Position numbers and translations under genes: made by a program. Shown here piece by piece: positions 1 to 9,617 of a stretch of 32,000 nt of DNA. Location of the stretch: positions 2,640,001 to 2,672,000 of the forward strand of contig NC_020304.1 of NCBI RefSeq assembly GCF_000341395.1, written 5' to 3'. The DNA is from Desulfocapsa sulfexigens DSM 10523 (lineage in GTDB: Bacteria > Desulfobacterota > Desulfobulbia > Desulfobulbales > Desulfocapsaceae). The notes under the pieces are model-generated. The model had not been told where the DNA came from. It did not search any database and worked only from the letters and a program-made list of their open reading frames with translations. Numbering within the stretch: the stretch's first letter is position 1; each line of letters starts with the position of its first letter.

Positions 1-1371
1 TAAAGTTGAGGGCATGAGCTGCATCGGCCGCTCTCTCAATATCTTCGTTCGATTTGTCCTGGTCACCATAGGCAATATTGGCACGGATGGTGTCGTTGAA
101 GAGGATCGTCTGTTGGGTGACGATGGCAATCTGCCTGCGAAGTGATTCCAGGGTAACATCTTTGATGTTTACACCGTCAATAAGCAGAGAACCGTTTTCT
201 ATATCAAAAAATCTTGGGATCAGACTGGTGAGGGTTGATTTTCCAGAACCACTGGGGCCAACAATAGCCAGGATTTCACCCGCTGGAACGCTGAGGTTAA
301 TATCTTTCAGTATTGGAGATATACCATCATAGCTGAAATGTACATCACGAAGAGTTATTTCTTTCTGAAAAGGTGTAAGCTCGGCAGCATTTTCTTTCGA
401 GAGGATGTCCGGCTTTTGATCAAGTAACTGGAAAATTCTCACCGCTGCGGCAAGCCCCTGCTGAATAGTTGCATTGATTTTACTTACTGCCTTGATGGGC
501 TCATAAATCATTACCAGGGCCGTCAGGAAGGCAAAAAAAGTTCCCGGTGTGGAGTTGCCGGCGATAACTTCCTTACCGCCAAACCAGATTATAAGAGCCA
601 TCCCAATACCACCAATTACTTCCATTAATGGATGTTGGATACAACGGTATTTTGCCTTTTCCATCATGGTGTTAAAAAGCATGTTTACCTGCACTGAAAA
701 ACGGCTGGACTCGTATTTTTCCATGGTGAATGCTTTAACCACCGGGGCGCCGGTGATGGATTCGTGCATGGTGTTGGAAACATCAGCAATCTGTTCCTGC
801 ATGGTGGTACTGATCCGGCGAAACGCCCTGCCGAATTTAACGATGGGTATGGCTGCCGATGGAAGAAAAACCAGAGAAAGCAGGGCCAGTTTCCAATCCA
901 TGGTGAATATAACGATAAGCAGGAAGACAGCCTGTAAAAAATCACGCAGTAACCCGACAACCACCGTTGATATTGCGGCCTGCATAAAATTAATGTCAGA
1001 GATAACTCGGGAAATCAGCTCACCAGTGGGTGTTCTATGAAAGAATGAGAGTGATTGGAGATGGATATGCTCGAAAACTTTATTGCGCATATTACGGATT
1101 ACGGTTTGGCCAATTTTTTCGAGAAGGTAGAAATTTAGACCATAGAAAAAAGCTTTGACTGCAAACAGGAGGATAAGGGCAAGCGGGAGAATGGCGAGAA
1201 AGTAGGAACTTTTCTCGACAAAAATCTTGTCCAGCAGGGGTTTGACCATGTAGGCCTGAAGAGCACTCAACCCGGCAACGGCGAGCGCTGCTATCATGGC
1301 TATTGCAAACAGAGATGTGTAGGGGCGAATAAGAGCGTATAATCGCCTTAGGACTATTTTGTTAGGCATAT
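1..1371 (-). CDS. msbA: Lipid A export ABC transporter, permease/ATP-binding protein (MsbA-like), C-terminal end cut by window edge
   Basis: Minus frame open from ATG at 1371 (MPNKIVLRRLYALIRPYTSLFAIAMIAALAVAGLSALQAYMVKPLLDKIF...) to the window edge. Contains ABC exporter TM region and Walker-type ATPase start (...LNISVPAGEILAIVGPSGSGKSTL...). Adjacent to kdsB and waaA. Confidence 0.85.
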
Positions 1372-1542
1372 GCTAAATTAAAAAAAGAGACAGTTGGAAA
1401 TATGTGTAACGGGCACAAGAATCAATCACAGTTATTGTTCACAGCATCATAGTTAATGATAGATAAAAAACCATCTAATACTTTCACTCAAGGGGAGAAA
1501 GACAGTTGTTCATTTGAAGGCATGGAAGCAGATAGGGCTGAT

Positions 1543-2271
1543 TTACAGTGCTGCAGTATGTTTTTCGATATCGGTCGGATCATCTACACTTGGAGAATCA
1601 TGTTCCGTGACGGTTACCTGTATTTTGTATCCAGCTTCAATGGCACGTAATTGTTCAAGCTTTTCAATGTTTTCAAGTGATGAGTATGGCAGGTCGGTGA
1701 ATTCCTGGAGAAAAAGATTGGAGTAAGCATAGATCCCAATGTGTTTATAGTAGAGAGTGTCGTCTGTGTTGTCTCTGTTGAATGGAATTTTGGCCCGTGA
1801 AAAATAGATGGCAAAAGAGTTCCTGTCAAAAATGACTTTTACATTGTTGGGATTGTTTATCTCTTCTTCATTCGTGAGTTCATGGGCGAGAGTGCCCATG
1901 GTCAGTGCAGGAGTTTTTGTAAAGGCTCGTACCAGGTCATTAAGGCATTCCGGCTTCAGGAATGGTTGGTCCCCCTGAATGTTGATCACCACATCGTCTG
2001 GTTTCAGGTGCAATGATCTGGCCGCCTCTGCAACCCTGTCCGTTCCTGAGCTGCATTGGGCTGATGTCATTATGACCCTGCCGTCAATTTCTTCAATTGA
2101 GGTGCGAATGGCATCACTGTCGGTTGCCACATAGACAGAGTCGATGAGAGGGCTTTTTTGAACCTGCTCGTACACACGCTGGATCATCGTTTTCCCCAGG
2201 ATATCGGTGAGAGCTTTTCCTGGAAATCGTTTAGATTCAAAGCGGGCGGGGATAATTGCTATAACTTTCAT
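1543..2271 (-). CDS. kdsB: 3-deoxy-manno-octulosonate cytidylyltransferase
   Basis: 242 aa; N-terminus MKVIAIIPARFESKRFPGKALTDILGKTMIQRVYEQ and GDQPFLKPE motifs typical of KdsB. Confidence 0.97.
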   Translation of the reverse strand: MKVIAIIPARFESKRFPGKALTDILGKTMIQRVYEQVQKSPLIDSVYVATDSDAIRTSIEEIDGRVIMTSAQCSSGTDRVAEAARSLHLKPDDVVINIQGDQPFLKPECLNDLVRAFTKTPALTMGTLAHELTNEEEINNPNNVKVIFDRNSFAIYFSRAKIPFNRDNTDDTLYYKHIGIYAYSNLFLQEFTDLPYSSLENIEKLEQLRAIEAGYKIQVTVTEHDSPSVDDPTDIEKHTAAL

Positions 2272-2301
2272 ATGTTTATTGTCAGCATGTCTAAAGAGTT
2301 T

Positions 2302-3555
2302 TTAGTTCACGTCGGAGTGTTGCAGCAAATCTACAATATGTCGACAGGTTTTTCTACTCCCTCCTTGCTTTAATTGGATATATTTATTTGCCTTCTGCTG
2401 GATTGTTGCCTTATCTTCTGGATTTCTAAGTGTTTCTTCCAGTAATTTCAGTACCTCTTCTTTGTTGCTGCCTTTTTTGACAAGACCGCTCTCAAAGACT
2501 TCGTTTCCTGCCCAGAGGAAGTTTGAGATTGAGGGCCCGGTTACTGGAGTGACTCCGTTCATAAATGCTTCGATAAAGTTTTGTCCGCCAAGTGGAGCAA
2601 GGCTGCCACCAATAAAGGCGGCATCGGCACGCTGATAGGCGTTGAGTAGTTCACCAAAAATATCCCAGATAAGTACTGAAGCTACGGCATTCAGGGAGGA
2701 GGCGCTTTTCAACGCACAGCTGATATGACTTTCTGTGAGCAGTGTTTTCCAGTTACTGACCCTAGCCAGATGACGGGGAAAAAGGTCTATATGGAGATCC
2801 GGAAAGCGTTTCAGCAGTTCTGTTATCAGATAAAAAACTTCACTTTCTTCCTCTTTTCGGATTGAGGCGAGAATGAGGGTCCTGTCTTTTGTCACGGCCT
2901 TTTTAGAAATTGTACATGTTTTTATCTGGTCAAATTTAATATTTGAAACGTAATAGCTCCTCTTTTGCTGGAAGAGATCCTGGAGCCGTTTTTTGTTTTC
3001 TTCTGAGTTGGCCAGGATAATATCCGGTGCGAGCCTCTTCCAGAGGAAGGCGGTCTTTTTATATCCCTTATAACTTTTTTCCGTCATTCGACCATTGACG
3101 ATAATCATCTTTTTCTTCTGTCGTTTTATCTCGGCCATAAGGGCTGGCCAAATTTCCAGTTCAATAAGGACCAAAAGCTTCGGGTCGGCGATGCGGATGG
3201 CTTTTTTTACCAGGGTCGGGTTGTCGAACACCATATAGGCAATACTGACGGCATGCCTCTGTTCTGCAGCCAGATCTTTTTCAAGGATATTTTTACCCTG
3301 GGAGGTATTCGTTGTGATAAGGATTTTAAGTTTCAGGTCATCTTCAAAATTTTTCAGGAGCTGTCTTGCTATATAGGCCTCACCAACGGATGCTGCGTGC
3401 ATCCATATGTCAACTTTTGAGAAGTTAACTTTTTTGAGAGTACGTTCTTCCGCACCCTCTTTGAGTCGTGGAGAACGAAGGAGAAAAGGCGTGGCACAGA
3501 CCCACAGGAGTTGATAGAAGAAAAACAAGGTCTTGAGAAAAAAAGATTCTTTCAT
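2302..3555 (-). CDS. waaA: 3-deoxy-D-manno-octulosonic acid transferase (WaaA/KdtA)
   Basis: 417 aa; IWMHAASVGEA, VNGRMTEKSYKGYK, FIGGSLAPLGGQNFIEA motifs. Confidence 0.95.
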   Translation of the reverse strand: MKESFFLKTLFFFYQLLWVCATPFLLRSPRLKEGAEERTLKKVNFSKVDIWMHAASVGEAYIARQLLKNFEDDLKLKILITTNTSQGKNILEKDLAAEQRHAVSIAYMVFDNPTLVKKAIRIADPKLLVLIELEIWPALMAEIKRQKKKMIIVNGRMTEKSYKGYKKTAFLWKRLAPDIILANSEENKKRLQDLFQQKRSYYVSNIKFDQIKTCTISKKAVTKDRTLILASIRKEEESEVFYLITELLKRFPDLHIDLFPRHLARVSNWKTLLTESHISCALKSASSLNAVASVLIWDIFGELLNAYQRADAAFIGGSLAPLGGQNFIEAFMNGVTPVTGPSISNFLWAGNEVFESGLVKKGSNKEEVLKLLEETLRNPEDKATIQQKANKYIQLKQGGSRKTCRHIVDLLQHSDVN

Positions 3556-3566
3556 AGAGGATTTGC

Positions 3567-4943
3567 CTACAGATATTCTTTGATTTTGGCAAGCAGCGAG
3601 GGATAGCTGATTTCAAGCATTCTGGCAGCCATACTCTTATTGCCCTTGCTGGCCTCCAGTGCTCGACTGATTAACTTTTTTTCTATGATTATTTTGGCCT
3701 GTTTCAGGGAGAAAGTTCCCAGTATTTCATTGATCTTGCCATCACAGGAACTGTTGTCCCGAGAGCCGATGAGATCAACAGGCAGGATGTGGTTTGTCTC
3801 GGCAACGATGGCTGCTCGTTCCAGACAGTTTTTCAATTCTCGTATGTTTCCCTTCCACTCCCTGTCGAGAAGAATTCCCATGGCTTCGGGAGAGATATCT
3901 TCAATGGCAAGATGCATCTTTTCGTTGAGGATGGCAAGAAAGTGAGTGCAGAGATACTGGATATCTTCTTTTCTTTCGCGTAGTGGAGGGAGTTGTAAGG
4001 TAAGCACATTGAGACGATAGAACAGATCTTCACGGAACCGGCCATCTTCCACCTCCCGTTCCATGTCCTTCGCTGTCGCTGTGATTACCCGGACATCGAC
4101 AGCTTTTGTTTTGACACCGCCAACGGGTCGGATCTCCTGCTCCTGAAGAACCCGTAGTAATTTTACCTGTAGGCTCAAGGGTAACTCTCCAACTTCATCA
4201 AGAAAAAGAGTACCTGTGTCTGCTTCTTCAAACAAGCCTTTGTGATCCTTATCCGCACCGGTGAATGCCCCTTTGACATACCCAAAAAATTCGCTCTCCA
4301 GAAGGTTTTCCGGGAGGGAACCACAGTTCACAGCTATAAAGGGTTTCTCTTTTCTTTCGGATTTCTGATGAATTCCCTTGGCGATCAGTTCTTTTCCCGT
4401 TCCTGATTCTCCGGTAATGAGAACGGTGGTGTCATAGCGGGCTACTTTTTCAGTGAGTTGCAGCAGGGATTGCATCTTTTCAGAATGGGCGATAATATCT
4501 TCAAAGCCCTCTGTTCCCTGTAACTCGAGAACTTTGGCTTTAAGCCTGACGTTTTCTTCGCGTAACTCAAGATGATCAACAGCTTTTTCCAGAACCAGAA
4601 GTATCTCCGCTGTTTTGAAGGGCTTAGTGATAAAATCGTAGGCCCCTGTTTTCATGGCCTCCACTGCATCATCTATTGTCGCATATGCGGACATCATAAT
4701 AATGATGGGCTGGTTGCCGTCTTCTGCAACTGCCTGTAAAAACTGCAATCCATCCATTCTGGGCATCTTCAGATCACAGAGGATAAGAGGAAAGGGTGCT
4801 TTCTTCTGGATAGCAAGGGCCTGTTCGCCATTTTCGGCCATGGTTACCTGGTACCCGGCCTTGGCGGTGACCACGGAGAGCATATGACGCATATTTTCTT
4901 CATCATCAACAATAAGAAGACGTTTGTTGTTGGTATCTGTCAT
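3567..4943 (-). CDS. Sigma-54-dependent response regulator (NtrC/ZraR family)
   Basis: Receiver domain (LLIVDDEENMRHML, DLKMPRMDG), AAA+ domain (GESGTGKELIAKGIH, GAFTGADKDHKGLFEEA), C-terminal Fis-type HTH. Confidence 0.95.
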   Translation of the reverse strand: MTDTNNKRLLIVDDEENMRHMLSVVTAKAGYQVTMAENGEQALAIQKKAPFPLILCDLKMPRMDGLQFLQAVAEDGNQPIIIMMSAYATIDDAVEAMKTGAYDFITKPFKTAEILLVLEKAVDHLELREENVRLKAKVLELQGTEGFEDIIAHSEKMQSLLQLTEKVARYDTTVLITGESGTGKELIAKGIHQKSERKEKPFIAVNCGSLPENLLESEFFGYVKGAFTGADKDHKGLFEEADTGTLFLDEVGELPLSLQVKLLRVLQEQEIRPVGGVKTKAVDVRVITATAKDMEREVEDGRFREDLFYRLNVLTLQLPPLRERKEDIQYLCTHFLAILNEKMHLAIEDISPEAMGILLDREWKGNIRELKNCLERAAIVAETNHILPVDLIGSRDNSSCDGKINEILGTFSLKQAKIIIEKKLISRALEASKGNKSMAARMLEISYPSLLAKIKEYL

Positions 4944-4961
4944 GCACTTAATCCTTTGTGA

Positions 4962-6485
4962 TTATTTCTTTTGAGATAGTGACAGAGGGAGTGTGATGAT
5001 AACGGATGTTCCCCGACCTCTCTTTGATGATATACTGATAGTGCCACCGGATTTTTTGATCAGATTGTGTGCAACAGCAAGCCCCAGGCCGGTTCCCTTT
5101 CCCACTTCCTTGGTGGTGAAAAATGGATCAAAGATGGCCTCTTGGTTTTCCTTGCTGATACCTGCTCCGGTATCTTTAATGGTCGTGATAATACAGTTTC
5201 TTTCGTTTTTAGACACCATATTTTCCGTATGTATGCTGATGCTGTTGTCAGCACTGTCGACAGTTTCTTCAATGGCATCTATTGAATTGAGGATGCAGTT
5301 TAAAAAGACCTGACGCAGACCGTCACTGTCACTGAGAACTTCACTTGCAGTCGCCTGAAAATCTGTACTGTAGCGGATCGGGAGTCTGGTCTTTCGGACA
5401 CGAACAGTTTGTATGAGGTTAGTCAGGAGCGGGTGGATATCGATGGTCTCGGCTGAAGATGTCACGGGCGTTCTGGAGAGATCAAGGAGATTTCGAATAA
5501 GGGTATTGATACGGTCAAGTTCCTGGGTGGCACGTTTGCTAAAAGCCTTCCTGTCACTGTTGCTGAGAGTTTGCTCTGTGAGAAGATCAATGTATCCCTG
5601 GATTATACCAAGCGGGTTGCCGATTTCATGGGCCAGACCGGCAGAGAGCCTGCCAATTGATGCAAGTTTTTCTGCCCTGATCATCTCATCCCGGTTCTTC
5701 TGAAGCTCGTCATTGGCCTTTTTTAAAGATTCGACGCTGTGACGGAGTTCCTGTTTGTCGCCGTCTATCCGCGTTACCAGACGATTCAGGCTGAGAGAGA
5801 GTTGAGTGAACTCTCCCAGTCGCTCCCCGGATAAAAAAGGCGTAGCATCAAGATCAGTGCGCGAGTCGGCCAGGCGGGAGAGTCGTTCAATGGGCTTTAT
5901 CACCAGATTTATCAAGCGTGTAAAGCCTATGGTTGTGAAGATAAGTACATTGATAATGAGATAGGCAAAGAATATTTTTCGTGTTTCACGGATGGAGGAT
6001 GAAACACTATCCAGTGACCGAATAAGTGCAATTGCCCCCTGATTGGTTTGGTCAGGAATCAGAGGGGTTGCTATCAGCAGGTACTGTTTTGAAAGAAAAA
6101 ATCCATTCCATGACATCCCTGAATAGCCTGTTTGTGTCTTAGTGCTGGTTGCAGCAGCAGAAAGCAATGGTGCAAGGGGTAAATCCTCGGGACAGCTACC
6201 ATGGGAATGCATAGGACGGTCTGGAGAATTTTGCCACTGGAGGCAGAGAATGCCATTGTCATTGAAAAAACTCTGGATATCGTCGGTAAAGGGAGGATTG
6301 TTGGCAGAGACTTCTCCTGGGGCAATGGATGCCGCAGCGAAATAAAGGAGATTTTCACTGCCCCGGATCTCCTGGGTAATGCCGTTACGCTGCCAGAGCA
6401 TCAGTATGACAAAACCAAAGAGGAGCATACTGATAAAGAGGAGAACGGAGAGGGTGAGGCCCAGCTGAACTTTTAGGGTGTGCAT
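4962..6485 (-). CDS. Membrane sensor histidine kinase, likely cognate partner of the adjacent response regulator
   Basis: Two TM segments, HAMP-like segment, H-box GRLSAGLAHEIGNPLGIIQGYI, N/G boxes (DTGAGISKENQEAIFDPFFTTKEVGKGTGLGLAVAHNLI). Confidence 0.93.
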   Translation of the reverse strand: MHTLKVQLGLTLSVLLFISMLLFGFVILMLWQRNGITQEIRGSENLLYFAAASIAPGEVSANNPPFTDDIQSFFNDNGILCLQWQNSPDRPMHSHGSCPEDLPLAPLLSAAATSTKTQTGYSGMSWNGFFLSKQYLLIATPLIPDQTNQGAIALIRSLDSVSSSIRETRKIFFAYLIINVLIFTTIGFTRLINLVIKPIERLSRLADSRTDLDATPFLSGERLGEFTQLSLSLNRLVTRIDGDKQELRHSVESLKKANDELQKNRDEMIRAEKLASIGRLSAGLAHEIGNPLGIIQGYIDLLTEQTLSNSDRKAFSKRATQELDRINTLIRNLLDLSRTPVTSSAETIDIHPLLTNLIQTVRVRKTRLPIRYSTDFQATASEVLSDSDGLRQVFLNCILNSIDAIEETVDSADNSISIHTENMVSKNERNCIITTIKDTGAGISKENQEAIFDPFFTTKEVGKGTGLGLAVAHNLIKKSGGTISISSKRGRGTSVIITLPLSLSQKK

Positions 6486-6528
6486 AATCTGCTATTCTAG
6501 CAGAGAAAGAAAGGAAAAAAAAGGAAAG

Positions 6529-6580
6529 AAGGCTGAGGTGATGGCAGTATTCACCTCAGTATTCAGCCTTCTTTTTTTTT
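6529..6580. terminator. Bidirectional rho-independent terminator
   Basis: AAGGCTGAGGTGA...TCACCTCAG..CAGCCTT hairpin with a T-run on the + side (6571-6580) and an A-rich tract on the other side (T-rich on minus). Confidence 0.7.
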
Positions 6581-8082
6581 ACTTGCAATTCACAGTGATC
6601 TCTTCCAGAAAAGTAGTTCAACCAGGAAGAAGTTTTGTCTAATGACCAGTCTTTTGGTGGGATTGGCTTTGGACTGTGAATGGTGTGACAGTCGGGTTCC
6701 AGCCCCCGATGATAACTGCGAACCCAGAAGCAGAGCCGTTTATTCGGGTACACTTCGCAATAGCCATTATTGGAACCGCCACAGGGCCCATTAATCATTT
6801 TCTTGGGGCAGCCGGACTGAGGGCAGAGGTAGGAAGATTCGGCCAGGGTGCAGTCTCCGCACATTCGGCAATGAAAGAGGATTTTTTTTATCAGATGTTC
6901 AACGAGCGTGTACGTTCGGCTGAGAAAACTGTTGCTGAGTGCTTTTATGCTGAGTTTTCGTGCAATCGAGAAGAATAATCCCTTCTCGGCAAATATCTGT
7001 TTATGGATAAAGTGGTTACTGGAAAAGAGAAAGGGGAGAGTGCGTTTTCTCGGTGTCCGGCAAGAGGTCTGGTATAAATACCAGGTGCCGGGTTCAGGGA
7101 AATGAGTCTCTGCTTGATCTGTCTTTTCTGTAAAATCTTCTGATTTGTCCAGTATAAAGGAGATTGATTTAAAACTGAGATTATTGCCGCCAAGGTGTAT
7201 TCCCGAGTATCCGGTTTCGCGTAGAGCGGCAAGCATTCGAGCTGCTCGCAACAGTCGGGCTTCTTCCCCCCTGTCACTGGATTTTGCTTCATCTTCCATT
7301 TTTTGTAGAAGAGCATCTGGAAGAATAACACCTGGTACCAGTCCTTTGTTCATAATTCTGGCAACGGCAAGGCTTGGTACAAAGAGATTGGCCAAAACCG
7401 GAATCCGTAGCTGCTGTTCGTTGATAAACTGTATGAGTTCCTGATATTTTACAATATCATAACCAAGCTGGCTGATAACAAACTGGGCACCGCATTGAAT
7501 TTTGGTGAGGAGTTTTACATATTGCCATACCTGCTCAGACTCAAGTGTTTTAAAGGGAGAAACCACGCATCCTGCAAAAAAATCCATCCTGGGGAGATCC
7601 ATGGCCTGTCCTGGGGCCCCTCTGGTGACCGTGAAATTGTGGCGAAGTTGTTCTATGAGAGTCAGCAGTTGAGTGGAATCAAGATCAAAAACAGGCATTG
7701 CCTGTCCCTGAAAGCCGTAACGTGGAAAGTCGCCACCAAGGACAAGAAGATTCAGTAAATCATGGCGATGACACTCAAATAACTGGCTTTCAGCCAGGTT
7801 ACGGTTTTTATCTTTGAGAGAGAAGTGAAGCAGGGGGGAAATACCCATGGCTAGAATATCCAGACCTAATGAAATAGGCGAAAGTGCAGGGTGGCCACCT
7901 GGATTATCGGTGATGGAAAGGGCCTTTATCCTTCCATCATCTCTGGCAAGTTCTGCAAGTTGGAGGATTTTTTCCAGTCGTTTACCGCCGGACCCACGGC
8001 CTGGCACCAATTCGTAGGTGATGGTGAACTCATCGTTATTACGCAGTGAGTCACGGAATATATTGGACACTGGCTGAGCCAT
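6556..8082 (-). CDS. metF: Methylenetetrahydrofolate reductase fused to a cysteine-rich MTHFR C-terminal (MetV-like) domain
   Basis: MetF-like N-terminal part (ITYELVPGRGSGG...ALSITDNPGGHPALSP...), C-terminal CRMCGDCTLAESSYLCPQSGCPKKMINGPCGGSNNGYCEVYPNKRLCFWVRSY. Start assigned to MAQPVSN rather than the upstream ATG at 8163. Confidence 0.85.
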   Translation of the reverse strand: MAQPVSNIFRDSLRNNDEFTITYELVPGRGSGGKRLEKILQLAELARDDGRIKALSITDNPGGHPALSPISLGLDILAMGISPLLHFSLKDKNRNLAESQLFECHRHDLLNLLVLGGDFPRYGFQGQAMPVFDLDSTQLLTLIEQLRHNFTVTRGAPGQAMDLPRMDFFAGCVVSPFKTLESEQVWQYVKLLTKIQCGAQFVISQLGYDIVKYQELIQFINEQQLRIPVLANLFVPSLAVARIMNKGLVPGVILPDALLQKMEDEAKSSDRGEEARLLRAARMLAALRETGYSGIHLGGNNLSFKSISFILDKSEDFTEKTDQAETHFPEPGTWYLYQTSCRTPRKRTLPFLFSSNHFIHKQIFAEKGLFFSIARKLSIKALSNSFLSRTYTLVEHLIKKILFHCRMCGDCTLAESSYLCPQSGCPKKMINGPCGGSNNGYCEVYPNKRLCFWVRSYHRGLEPDCHTIHSPKPIPPKDWSLDKTSSWLNYFSGRDHCELQVKKKKAEY

Positions 8083-8141
8083 AGGATGGATTTTCCTCTT
8101 TTCTCTTGCAGAAGCTTTATTTGAATGGCTACATTGTATAC

Positions 8142-9206
8142 ATGAATGATGAAAATGAAACAAAAATTCTCTCTGTTATCCATGCACTTTTGCAGGAAGC
8201 CGGGATTACGAACTCCATATCACCCAAGCTGGTGATTACAAAACTGGCAGGTGATGGTTCCAGCAGAAAGTTCTGGCGGATAATGGAAGGTGACAGAAAT
8301 ATTTGCCTGGCGGTTGCTCCCCCTAGGCAAGATACTCTTGATCTTGCTGAGGCAAAAGCTGCCCGATCCATAGGCCTGCATCTTTTACAACAGGGGGTGC
8401 GGGTTCCTGACCAGTATGGCTGGGATGAACAGTACGGAGTATTGCTTTTTGAAGACCTGGGAGATGAAAAGCTTCATGAGTATGTTGTAGAAAAACGGAA
8501 AGCTGATGACTGGATTGGGCAGGTTCGAGCCAGCTACACTGCTGTGGTAAAAAAACTCGCCTTGATGCAGATTCGGGGCGCGGAGGGCTTTGATCCTGAA
8601 TGGTGCTGGGATAGTCCCCGTTACGATAAAAAACTGATGCTCGAGCGCGAGTCAGAGTATTTTCTTCGTGCCTTCTGGCAGGGTTATCTGGGGAATGAAG
8701 AACCGTCTGGCCTGGGTGAGGAATTTCTGGAGCTTGCCGACAGGTCATCCCATATCCCAGCTTCTTACTTTCTTCATCGGGATTTTCAATCCCGTAATAT
8801 TATGTTGTATCGTGATGAACCCTGTTTTATAGATTTCCAGGGAGGACGACTGGGGCCTCTCGCCTATGATCTGGCGTCCCTGTTGATAGATCCATATGTC
8901 GGACTTCCCCTTGACTTTCAGGAAGAGTTACTGGAATTGTACCTGGATCAACTGGAAATGGTAATTGATGTTGATCGAAGAAAGTTTGTCGAAGAGTATC
9001 TTCTGTTGGCTTTACAGCGAAACCTTCAGATTGTCGGAGCTTTTTCCTTTTTAACCAAGCAGCGTGGAAAGGTGTTTTTTGCGCAATATATAGGGCCTGC
9101 AACGGCTTCTCTGAATACTCTCTTGGGGGGTGAACTGTTTTCGGAGATGGTGGTCTTGAGACAGACCGTCTCTTCTGCAGTGAAGTCTTTTGCGGGAAAT
9201 AAATAA
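8142..9206 (+). CDS. Aminoglycoside phosphotransferase-family kinase (AmgK/COG3178-like)
   Basis: SYFLHRDFQSRNIML and FIDFQGGRLGPLAYDLASLLIDPYV motifs. Start at ATG 8142 (MNDENETK) is one option within the ORF that begins at 8106. Confidence 0.8.
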   Translation: MNDENETKILSVIHALLQEAGITNSISPKLVITKLAGDGSSRKFWRIMEGDRNICLAVAPPRQDTLDLAEAKAARSIGLHLLQQGVRVPDQYGWDEQYGVLLFEDLGDEKLHEYVVEKRKADDWIGQVRASYTAVVKKLALMQIRGAEGFDPEWCWDSPRYDKKLMLERESEYFLRAFWQGYLGNEEPSGLGEEFLELADRSSHIPASYFLHRDFQSRNIMLYRDEPCFIDFQGGRLGPLAYDLASLLIDPYVGLPLDFQEELLELYLDQLEMVIDVDRRKFVEEYLLLALQRNLQIVGAFSFLTKQRGKVFFAQYIGPATASLNTLLGGELFSEMVVLRQTVSSAVKSFAGNK

Positions 9207-9337
9207 CAGAGAGTGGAGAAGGCAGGTATTATCCAGATTGACGCTTTTCCTTGAGTCCGTCTGAAAAAGGATCACAGTGGGTGTGGTACAGGATAAGAAA
9301 GCCCCTGTTTTTAGTAACAGCTACTGCCTTAATGATT

Positions 9338-9502
9338 CCTGATTACCATCGAAACTCAGCTTTGCAACCCGGAGTTGTTCCGTGTCGATTATATGGGACG
9401 CCATAAACCCATCCCTGGAGGCTCTGCTGCGGCCGTCCAGGCCGCAGATGCCCATATAATCAACACGAACTAACTCCTCCTCAGACGTTAGTGGTAATCA
9501 GG
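9338..9502. repeat. MITE-like element, copy 1 (165 bp)
   Basis: Perfect 11-bp terminal inverted repeats CCTGATTACCA (9338-9348) / TGGTAATCAGG (9492-9502), flanked by 8-bp direct repeat TAATGATT (9330-9337 and 9503-9510). Near-identical inverted copy at 22053-22237. Confidence 0.88.
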
Positions 9503-9617
9503 TAATGATTTGTTGATGGATGTAATTCAAGGCCTCCAGTTGCATGCGTTCTTTTCAGCTGATCAATGTCACCAAGCGGAAAGAACCCATACTTCGGGAA
9601 TAAACAATAAAAAAAGG

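Noticed and set aside
549-1040. 163-aa plus-strand ORF (and 685-960)
   Set aside because: Antisense to the msbA-like gene, whose minus frame is clearly coding; low-complexity shadow ORF.
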